From PVC group bacterium (lineage in GTDB: Bacteria > GCA-001730085 > JADFSZ01), in the NCBI GenBank assembly GCA_022560555.1, contig JADFSZ010000080.1, positions 1 to 7,837 on the forward strand: a DNA stretch of 7,837 nucleotides. The letters run 5' to 3'. Of this stretch, positions 1 through 5,973 are shown one piece after another; position 1 is the stretch's first letter, and each line of letters starts with the position of its first letter. Below the pieces are notes generated by a model that did no database searches, was not told where the DNA came from, and saw nothing but the letters and a program-made list of their open reading frames with translations. Position numbers and translations under genes: made by a program.

Positions 1-46
1 GGCTGATTGCTGTATCGTTGTTCTTTATTATCCATAATAAAAAATG

Positions 47-120
47 TGCGCCTGGCAGGAGTCGAACCTGCGGCCTTTGGCTTCGGAGGCCAACGCTCTA
101 TCCAACTGAGCTACAGGCGC
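47..120 (-). tRNA. tRNA-Arg (anticodon CCG)
   Basis: The reverse complement folds as a canonical 74-nt cloverleaf. Acceptor GCGCCTG/CAGGCGC; D arm GCTC-AGTTGGATA-GAGC; anticodon arm TTGGC-CTCCGAA-GCCAA (anticodon CCG = plus-strand cgg at 84-86); 5-nt variable loop AGGCC; T arm GCAGG-TTCGACT-CCTGC; discriminator A. CCA is not encoded. A T-run (ATTTTTTATTAT) follows on the minus strand. Confidence 0.93.
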
Positions 121-257
121 ATGAAATACAAGTTTCCAGTTTCTAGTTTACAGCTTCCAGTTAAAAAAACATTATTGATAAATGGTCACAAAGCTGAGGA
201 TGGATAATTTTTTCATTAAAGATTTTTAAACGATTTACGATTTACAAATTACGGTCT

Positions 258-1652
258 TTAAAGACTTTTTTTCCAGGCAAGAACCAGCCGATCTAAACTC
301 ATCCGAAACTCTTTTTTCAAAGCCGCCTCAAGACTCATGCCTTGTCCTAAATCCCCGCAAAGCTTGCGAATTTTATACATACGGAATTTACTAATGAGAT
401 AGTTCACAAAAGAATACGACTGATCATAAAACAAGGAGACAACGTCGGCATTCATCGAAAAGTCAATCTTCGTTCCGGAAAAATCACGAAAGTTCAATAA
501 TTGATTTTGTTTGATCGCCCGTTTTAAAAATAGAAATCCATACTTCTGCCCCCTGTATTCTTCATATCGCGCTAATCCCTCATTGAGCCATATCGGACAG
601 TTCCCGTTCGTTAAATCCTGTATAAGAACATGCGTGTATTCATGAAAAATAATTTTCTCCAAAATATCTTTGGAAGCTTTTTTCCCGAGAGGAATACGGA
701 TTTTTCCGTCAAACATCCCGGCCAGCCAATGAGGACGGTCCCGTATCTTTTCAAAGTCATCCTCCGGATAGAGAATGACAATAGTTTTATACTTTGGGTA
801 AACCCCGAAATCTCTGCCGATCTTTCTCCGGGCTTCATAAAGCATGCCCTTGACATCATAGATTTCATACTGAGCCGCATCCCGTTCATACCGAATATCA
901 AAATTACTCACTCCCGTTTTTTGAAGCCGTGTCTCCACAGACATTTCTTTTCCCAGCCGATCAAGTTTGCCTTGAACATACGGATGTGTCGGTTCAACCG
1001 CCAATACATCCTCCCAAACCTTTTTAGCTTTTTTCATCTTTTGCTGCTCATAGTAAACTTGTCCTAAAAGAAATAGCGCATTAATGTTGTCTTTGCGGTA
1101 GCCTAAAGCGCGTTTAAGATCCTTCTCCGCTGAGCGGTATTCCTTTTTTTTAAGCGATTGAGCCGCTTGCTTAACAAAAATTTCTGCCGTATTATTTAAA
1201 AAGACTTCATCGTCCGGTGATAGTCTTTTTGCTTTGTCCAGATATCTTATGGCTTCCTCGTTTTGATCCGACGAATACAATTCGATAGCCTTTTGATTAT
1301 AAACCTGAGCTAAATTTTCTTTAATGACGGTATTGCCCGGAAACATTTTTTTTGCGTCCTCAAGGACACCTATCGCACCCGCAATATCATGGCCCTTAAG
1401 ACTCAAAGCATAATTATTCATGGCCGTGGCCAGATTGCCTTCAATCTCAACTTGATTGGGCAGATAAACCATCGCCGACTCAAAAAGCTGAATAGCTCTT
1501 TCATACTTTTGGTTTTCTAAGGCTTTTAGGCCGCGTTCGTTCAGCATATGGGCCTGTTGAGCCGAATCCGCTTGCACAAAACCAAGAGGCCCTAAGCTTA
1601 AACATCCCGCAAAAATCAGAAGAACGATTTTAGGGTAACGCGTACTCAGCAT
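258..1652 (-). CDS. Exported (possibly lipoprotein) TPR-repeat protein with a C-terminal peptidase-MA-like (HExxH gluzincin) domain, 464 aa
   Basis: Full ORF. The N-terminal hydrophobic signal MLSTRYPKIVLLIFAGCLSLGPLGFVQA carries both a lipobox-like FAGC and an AxA-like VQA|D site. Residues ~35-235 show TPR-like helical repeats (e.g. AIQLFESAMVYLPN, AIRYLDKAKRLSPDD, ALFLLGQVYYEQQKMKKAKKVWEDVLAVEPTHP). The C-terminal half has FHEYTHVLIQD (HExxH, nt 630-644) followed by WLNEGLARYEE (third-ligand Glu candidate, nt 579-581), the pattern typical of Peptidase_MA_2-type domains. The start lies 4 nt after the ruvX stop (TGA-TGTC-ATG). Confidence 0.85.
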   Translation of the reverse strand: MLSTRYPKIVLLIFAGCLSLGPLGFVQADSAQQAHMLNERGLKALENQKYERAIQLFESAMVYLPNQVEIEGNLATAMNNYALSLKGHDIAGAIGVLEDAKKMFPGNTVIKENLAQVYNQKAIELYSSDQNEEAIRYLDKAKRLSPDDEVFLNNTAEIFVKQAAQSLKKKEYRSAEKDLKRALGYRKDNINALFLLGQVYYEQQKMKKAKKVWEDVLAVEPTHPYVQGKLDRLGKEMSVETRLQKTGVSNFDIRYERDAAQYEIYDVKGMLYEARRKIGRDFGVYPKYKTIVILYPEDDFEKIRDRPHWLAGMFDGKIRIPLGKKASKDILEKIIFHEYTHVLIQDLTNGNCPIWLNEGLARYEEYRGQKYGFLFLKRAIKQNQLLNFRDFSGTKIDFSMNADVVSLFYDQSYSFVNYLISKFRMYKIRKLCGDLGQGMSLEAALKKEFRMSLDRLVLAWKKSL

Positions 1653-1656
1653 GACA

Positions 1657-2073
1657 TCACTTTGCTTGATCTAAATAGTTTTGAAGTATAATTTGCGCGG
1701 CGATTTGATCAATGAGGACTTTCTTTTTCTTTCGTTTTATTTTACCTTCATTCATCACGCGATGAGCAGCTTGTGTGCTTAGACGTTCATCCACCAAAAC
1801 AACTTGAACCTCTGAGTCGCTTTCCAGTTCAACCTTAAATTTTAGAACCTCTTCTCCCTTAGGGCCGACGGATCCGTTCATATTCTTTGGAAATCCCAGA
1901 ATAATTTTTTTGACATCGTATTGACGGATTGTGTCCCGGATTCTATCTATCACATTCCCTTCTTGAACATCAAGCGTACAAAACCTCTGGGCCGTAAACC
2001 CGAGCTCATCCGACAGGGACAGCCCTACACGCACATCCCCATAGTCAATGCCCAAAATCCTTCCTTCGCTCAT
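1657..2073 (-). CDS. ruvX: Holliday-junction resolvase-like nuclease / pre-16S rRNA processing protein RuvX (YqgF family), 138 aa
   Basis: ILGIDYGDVRVGLSLSD is the family's N-terminal RNase-H-like motif, and DERLST plus the C-terminal AAQIILQNYL are typical. I moved the start from the ORF-track 2151 to the internal ATG at 2073..2071 (MSEGRILGIDYG). That gives the family-typical ~138 aa and an ATGA overlap with the upstream gene's stop. The 26-codon extension lies entirely inside the upstream CDS. Confidence 0.85.
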   Translation of the reverse strand: MSEGRILGIDYGDVRVGLSLSDELGFTAQRFCTLDVQEGNVIDRIRDTIRQYDVKKIILGFPKNMNGSVGPKGEEVLKFKVELESDSEVQVVLVDERLSTQAAHRVMNEGKIKRKKKKVLIDQIAAQIILQNYLDQAK

Positions 2074-3170
2074 AAAAACTTTTTCATGCTTTTCTTTTGA
2101 TTTAAACGCAAGACAATATTTTTGACGTTTTGAGAACTTTGCTTTTGACAAATCAGCAGCGCGTCTTTTTCTTTAATAACAACAAGATCCTTGACGCCGC
2201 ACAAAGCGACAAGATCCGAATCTGTCGACACTAAACATCCGCTACTGTTCATAATGACAGTTTGCCCCTTGCCCAAAACAACATTTTGATCCGGTTTTTT
2301 AGCGACCAAATCAAAAACAGCCGACCAGGAGCCAATATCACTCCACCGGAAACGCGCCGTTACCAGATACACATGGGGATACTTTTCCATCACAGCATAA
2401 TCGAGTGATTTTTTTTCGCATTGACGATACACTTTTTGAATGATCCCGACCGGTACTTTCTTTCCGCGACTTTGCCGCATCGTTTTGACCGCCCGATACA
2501 GTTTCGGATCACACCGTTTGACGGCATCCAGAATTACGGATGCCCTAAAAACAAACATCCCGCTGTTCCAATAATATTTTCCTGACCGTATAAACTTTTC
2601 GGCTCTCTTCAGCCCGGGTTTTTCCGTGAATTGTCGAACTTGATAAGTGAGCGGAGCCACCTTTTTGCCCCTCTCAATATATCCATAGCCTGTTTCGGGA
2701 TATGCCGGGGGAATCCCGAATGTCACAAGGCCATCCGAGTTGAGCGCTTGCTGACACGCGACAACAACATCCTTCTCAAACACGCGCTCGTTTATCACAA
2801 TATGGTCTGAAGGTAATATAAGCATCACGGCGTCTGAAAATCTTTTTTCGCATTCCACAGCCGCCCAAGCGACACAGGGGGCGGTGTTGCGGCTCATGGG
2901 TTCGGCTAAAATCTGATTTTGAGGAAGTGCGGGGATGTGTTGCTTGACAAGAGAAACTTGTGTGGTATGCGTTACGACAAAAATTTGATCCTTAGGGATA
3001 AATTTTCTTACCCGCTCATAGGTTTCACGAATAATACTTTTGCCTCTTCCGGTAATATCCAGAAACTGTTTGGGACGCCGGCGACGGCTCTTCGGCCAAA
3101 ATCTTTCGCCGTAACCACCCGCCATAATAACGGCCACAACAGGCATTTTCTTATTTTTTTTAGGTTTCAT
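2070..3170 (-). CDS. Mannose-1-phosphate guanylyltransferase (ManC/CpsB-like NTP-transferase, short form without the C-terminal cupin/PMI domain), 366 aa
   Basis: The N-terminal nucleotidyltransferase signature VAVIMAGGYGERFWPKSRRRRPKQFL, together with LPSDH, GYGYIE, NSGMFVF and WSDIGSW, matches the GDP-mannose pyrophosphorylase family. The start is ambiguous between ATG 3170 and ATG 3146 (M9), and neither has a clear SD. The stop TGA (2070-2072) overlaps the ruvX ATG. Confidence 0.82.
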   Translation of the reverse strand: MKPKKNKKMPVVAVIMAGGYGERFWPKSRRRRPKQFLDITGRGKSIIRETYERVRKFIPKDQIFVVTHTTQVSLVKQHIPALPQNQILAEPMSRNTAPCVAWAAVECEKRFSDAVMLILPSDHIVINERVFEKDVVVACQQALNSDGLVTFGIPPAYPETGYGYIERGKKVAPLTYQVRQFTEKPGLKRAEKFIRSGKYYWNSGMFVFRASVILDAVKRCDPKLYRAVKTMRQSRGKKVPVGIIQKVYRQCEKKSLDYAVMEKYPHVYLVTARFRWSDIGSWSAVFDLVAKKPDQNVVLGKGQTVIMNSSGCLVSTDSDLVALCGVKDLVVIKEKDALLICQKQSSQNVKNIVLRLNQKKSMKKFL

Positions 3171-3201
3171 AAACCGTGCATTGTACCATATTTATTAAAA
3201 A

Positions 3202-3214
3202 TCCCGAAGAGGGA
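3202..3214 (-). terminator. Weak hairpin + U-run after recG (possible partial terminator)
   Basis: Minus strand: TCCC-TCTTC-GGGA followed by TTTTTAATAAA, 26 nt after the recG stop. The stem is only 4 bp, so at best this is a leaky attenuating signal. Confidence 0.25.
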
Positions 3215-3239
3215 ACTCATGCTCATGCCCTTTAAGATT

Positions 3240-5303
3240 TTAGGATTTAAAGAGCTCGAGACGGGTCTTAAACTTCATTTCCATTTCTCTTTTGAGGCCC
3301 TGATGTTCTTGATGGTTAAGGTCAGGATCATGTTTTAAAATACAGACGGCCTCTTGACGCGCTTGTTCTAAAACCCGGATATCCTCAACAATATCGCCGA
3401 TGCGCAAGTCCGGCATGCCATGCTGGCGTGTTCCAAAAAATTCTCCGGGGCCGCGAATCACAAGGTCCTTTTCGGCCAATTGAAATCCGTCCGAAGTTTT
3501 CGCCATTGCCTCCAATCTTTCTTTCGCTCCTTCCGAGCGGGCATCAGAGACAAGGATACAATAAGATTGATCGACTCCTCGTCCCACACGGCCGCGGAGC
3601 TGATGCAGCTGGGCTAATCCGAATCGATCGGCATGTTCAATGACCATAACCGTCGCGTTAGGTATATCAATCCCGACTTCGATAATCGTCGTAGAAAGGA
3701 GCACGTCATATTCATGTTTTTTAAAGCTCCTCATAACATTCTCTTTCTCCTCCCGGCTTAGTCGTCCGTGAATAAGCCCCAAGCGAAATTCCCGAAAGAC
3801 TTCCCCTTGCATACGATTAAACACCTGGGTTACGGCTTTGAGGTCGATTTTTTCGGATTCTTCAACCAAAGGGTAAATGATATACACCTGTCGTCCTTGT
3901 GTAATATTTTTTTTGATAAAACCGTACATTGCCTCTCGTTTTTTTTCTCCGACCCAATATGTCAAAATCTGTTTTCGCCCCGGCGGAAGTTCATCAATCA
4001 CAGAAATATCCAAATCCCCATAAACTGTCAGGGCCAAAGTCCGGGGAATCGGCGTGGCTGTCATGACAAGCGTGTCGGGAACCATAGCTCCTTTTTGGCG
4101 GAACACCATCCGCTGGCTCACTCCGAATTTATGCTGTTCATCAATGATAATGAGCCCAAGTTTTTTAAAAACAACATCCTCTTGCAAAAGAGCGTGAGTA
4201 CCGATAACAATGTCAACTTCTTGAGAACGGATTCTTTCGCATTCTTCGTCCCGATCTTTTTTTCTCATACTCCCCACCAATAGCCCGACACGAAGTCCCA
4301 TGGGAACCAAGAGATCCTGCAAATTAACATAGTGCTGTTCCGCGAGTATTTCCGACGGAACCATAAGAGCTGTCTGATAAGCTCCGTCAACAGAAATCAG
4401 GCACGCGGCCACAGCAACAATCGTTTTTCCAGATCCGACATCGCCCTGAAGAAGACGATTCATGGGTTTGGCTGATTTCATATCCGTTTCAATTTCTTTT
4501 ATCACCCGTTTTTGCGCGCTTGTTAAAGCAAACGGCAGCGATTTTTGAAACCCTTTGAACAGCTGCTCGGTTTTGTGAACAATTCCTTTTTCGACTTTTT
4601 TTTGATTTTTCCTTGCTGACACAATGCCGATCTGCAAAAGAAGAAATTCTTCGAAAACCAGCCGTTTACGGGCGCTATCTATCGCGGATTCCTTTTCAGG
4701 AAAATGAATCGTACGCATCGCCGAAATTTTGTCCATGAGGCCGTATTTATCAAGAAGGCCCCGGGGAATATTTTCTTCAATCTTATCCGCGCATAAGTCC
4801 AGAACTGTTTTGATCATGAGACGCAATCGACGCTGATTCATCTGCTCCGTTAAAGAGTATATCGGAACGATTCGTCCCGTATGGAGAAGATCCTCTTCAT
4901 CACCTGTCAATATTTCATAGGCCGGGTTGGTCATTTGCAGCCTTTTATACCTCTCAACACGGCCGCTGAATATTACATCGACACCCGGACCAAGGGTCTT
5001 GGCCAAGTAATCTTGTCTGAAGTAGGTCACATTGAAAAGTTTCTTGTGATCCGTAACCAAGACATCCAGCATCGACATCCCCTTGTACGTTCTGCGAACG
5101 TGATTTTTAATGACTTGGACCCGTATGGTTGCTAACATCCCGTCCTGCAGATCCCCCAGAGGGCTAAACCGGCTCCGATCCTCATAAGCACGGGGGAAAT
5201 AATACAAGAGCTCTTCCAGTGTCTTAATACCGAGTTTCTCCAAAATGTGGGCCCGTTTGGGGCCGACACCTTTGAGATATTGAATAGATGTATTCAGATC
5301 CAT
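3240..5303 (-). CDS. recG: ATP-dependent DNA helicase RecG, 687 aa
   Basis: Full ORF. The N-terminus IQYLKGVGPKRAHILEKLGIKTLEELLYYFPRAYEDRS is typical, followed by a wedge/OB region. Helicase motifs present: LTSAQKRVIKEI, GDVGSGKT (Walker A), DEQHKFG (DEQH box), MTATPIPRT, QLHQLRGRVGRG, and the C-terminal GxRQHG TRG-type motif (GEFFGTRQHGMPDLRIGD). SD AGGA lies 5 nt upstream of the ATG. Confidence 0.96.
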   Translation of the reverse strand: MDLNTSIQYLKGVGPKRAHILEKLGIKTLEELLYYFPRAYEDRSRFSPLGDLQDGMLATIRVQVIKNHVRRTYKGMSMLDVLVTDHKKLFNVTYFRQDYLAKTLGPGVDVIFSGRVERYKRLQMTNPAYEILTGDEEDLLHTGRIVPIYSLTEQMNQRRLRLMIKTVLDLCADKIEENIPRGLLDKYGLMDKISAMRTIHFPEKESAIDSARKRLVFEEFLLLQIGIVSARKNQKKVEKGIVHKTEQLFKGFQKSLPFALTSAQKRVIKEIETDMKSAKPMNRLLQGDVGSGKTIVAVAACLISVDGAYQTALMVPSEILAEQHYVNLQDLLVPMGLRVGLLVGSMRKKDRDEECERIRSQEVDIVIGTHALLQEDVVFKKLGLIIIDEQHKFGVSQRMVFRQKGAMVPDTLVMTATPIPRTLALTVYGDLDISVIDELPPGRKQILTYWVGEKKREAMYGFIKKNITQGRQVYIIYPLVEESEKIDLKAVTQVFNRMQGEVFREFRLGLIHGRLSREEKENVMRSFKKHEYDVLLSTTIIEVGIDIPNATVMVIEHADRFGLAQLHQLRGRVGRGVDQSYCILVSDARSEGAKERLEAMAKTSDGFQLAEKDLVIRGPGEFFGTRQHGMPDLRIGDIVEDIRVLEQARQEAVCILKHDPDLNHQEHQGLKREMEMKFKTRLELFKS

Positions 5304-5307
5304 GATG

Positions 5308-5392
5308 TTCCTAAAAAAAGGATTTTCCTTAAAAAAGGATTTTCCTTAAAAAAGAGTTTTCCTTAAAAAAGGATTTTCCTTAAAAAAGGTTG
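5308..5392. repeat. Tandem array of five 17-bp units (consensus TTCCTTAAAAAAGGATT)
   Basis: Units: 5308-5324 TTCCTAAAAAAAGGATT; 5325-5341 TTCCTTAAAAAAGGATT; 5342-5358 TTCCTTAAAAAAGAGTT; 5359-5375 TTCCTTAAAAAAGGATT; 5376-5392 TTCCTTAAAAAAGGTTG. Each unit contains the dyad TCCTT-AAAA-AAGGA, and unit junctions create a second dyad AAGGA-TTT-TCCTT. There are no unique spacers between units. Confidence 0.95.
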
Positions 5393-5417
5393 CAATTCTT
5401 ACAAACGCGAATATAAT
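5390..5417 (+). promoter_or_regulatory. Sigma-70-type promoter candidate P1 for rpmB
   Basis: TTGCAA (5390-5395), 16-bp spacer, perfect TATAAT (5412-5417). An A-tract-rich repeat array sits immediately upstream (UP-element-like). Implies a ~105-nt leader. Confidence 0.5.
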
Positions 5418-5441
5418 AACGATCCTTTGAGGGAATCTGAA
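5413..5441 (-). promoter_or_regulatory. Sigma-70-type promoter candidate for recG (divergent, -10 overlapping the rpmB P1 -10)
   Basis: Minus strand: TTCAGA (5441..5436), 17-bp spacer, TATTAT (5418..5413). If used, all five 17-bp repeats are transcribed as the recG 5' UTR. Confidence 0.3.
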
Positions 5442-5458
5442 TTGAGTCCCTTCCGGGA

Positions 5459-5489
5459 TTGAAATATCAATAAGTACTTAAATTATAAT
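5459..5489 (+). promoter_or_regulatory. Alternative sigma-70-type promoter candidate P2 for rpmB
   Basis: TTGAAA (5459-5464) and perfect TATAAT (5484-5489), but with a long 19-bp spacer. Would give a ~33-nt leader. Confidence 0.3.
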
Positions 5490-5528
5490 GCCTTATCGAA
5501 TTTGTCATTATAGCGAGGGAGTGGAGAC

Positions 5529-5735
5529 ATGTCAAAGTTTTGTGAAATATGCCATAAAGGCCCGCATGCAGGCAATAGTGTGAGTCACGCAAAAAACGCC
5601 ACAAAACGTCGATTCCTGCCCAATCTTCAGCGCGTCAAAGCGATAACCAAAGGAACCATCCGCTATATTCGTGTGTGCACAAAATGCATAAAAGCCGGTA
5701 AAGTCGAAAAACCCCTCAAGCGCTCCCTCGTCTGA
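5529..5735 (+). CDS. rpmB: 50S ribosomal protein L28 (four-Cys, zinc-ribbon type), 68 aa
   Basis: [22 protein letters not shown] is the L28 signature. SD GGGAGTGGAG ends 4 nt before the ATG. Cys pairs CEIC (aa 5-8) and CTKC (aa 50-53). Confidence 0.95.
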   Translation: MSKFCEICHKGPHAGNSVSHAKNATKRRFLPNLQRVKAITKGTIRYIRVCTKCIKAGKVEKPLKRSLV

Positions 5736-5874
5736 TTCTCTCAAGACGCTACTAGTATACACTGTATTATATACTCTCCTTAAGAAAAGCACCGCAGGGC
5801 CCCTTATCAAACTGTCAATATTCCACAAAAAAAGAATGGGCGGGGTTTTTGTATTCGTTGGAACAAATAAAAAA

Positions 5875-5906
5875 GCGCGGACAAAGATAAAAATCTTCGT
5901 CCGCGC
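5875..5906. terminator. Rho-independent terminator shared by the convergent rpmB (+) and PEP-CTERM gene (-)
   Basis: GCGCGGAC-A-AAGAT-AAAA-ATCTT-C-GTCCGCGC: an 8-bp GC-rich stem plus a 5-bp inner stem. Flanked by AAATAAAAAA upstream, which gives TTTTTTATTT after the hairpin on the minus strand, and by TTAATTGTTT downstream on the plus strand. The stronger U-run is on the minus-strand side. Confidence 0.75.
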
Positions 5907-5924
5907 TTAATTGTTTAACTGAAA

Positions 5925-5946
5925 AACTGTTTTATTAAAAACAGTT
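5925..5946. terminator. AT-rich hairpin immediately 3' of the PEP-CTERM gene
   Basis: AACTGTTTT-ATTA-AAAACAGTT, a perfect 9-bp stem, 28 nt past the stop at 5974. It may act together with the 5875-5906 hairpin. Confidence 0.35.
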
Positions 5947-5973
5947 AATCGATTTTACTTCCATACATCTCAA

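Noticed and set aside
1-120. tRNA-Arg as an integration hotspot or genomic-island boundary
   Set aside because: Only 46 bp lie beyond the tRNA 3' end. There is no integrase, no duplicated tRNA 3' fragment (att) elsewhere in the window, and the flanking genes are housekeeping. It cannot be evaluated from this window.
7-207. 66-aa plus-strand ORF
   Set aside because: It runs antisense straight through the tRNA-Arg gene (47-120) and has no SD. Its low-complexity translation is a shadow of the tRNA.
611-1067. 96-aa (-) and 145-aa (+) ORFs inside the TPR-peptidase gene
   Set aside because: They are out-of-frame or antisense overlaps of a well-supported CDS. Their Phe/Ile/Arg-rich translations are typical of shadow frames in AT-rich DNA.
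258-1652. Identifying the TPR protein as PrsT, the PEP-CTERM system TPR lipoprotein
   Set aside because: As I recall it, PrsT is roughly twice as long and all-TPR. This protein has a C-terminal HExxH domain and sits in a recG operon rather than an EPS/exosortase locus, so no equivalence is claimed.
2074-2151. 26-codon N-terminal extension of ruvX in the ORF track
   Set aside because: It lies wholly within the 3' end of the guanylyltransferase CDS. The internal ATG gives the family-typical length and an ATGA coupling junction.
2919-5135. Plus-strand ORFs 2919-3338, 3420-3617, 3428-3643, 3768-4283, 4881-5135
   Set aside because: All are antisense to the manC-like gene or recG. None has recognisable motifs or an RBS.
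5308-5392. Whether the 17-bp tandem repeats could be a CRISPR array
   Set aside because: The units are directly abutting with no unique spacers, are far shorter than CRISPR repeats, and no cas genes are nearby. This is a tandem minisatellite.
5429-5458. Mutually exclusive hairpins in the rpmB leader: GAGGGA/TCCCTT (5429-5434 with 5447-5452) versus TCCC/GGGA (5447-5450 with 5455-5458), as an autoregulatory switch
   Set aside because: The stems are only 4-6 bp. I recognise no L28 leader motif here, and it is uncertain whether the region is transcribed, since that depends on using P1 rather than P2.
5532-5828. 98-aa minus-strand ORF
   Set aside because: It is antisense to rpmB over most of its length. 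rpmB has the SD and an unmistakable L28 signature.
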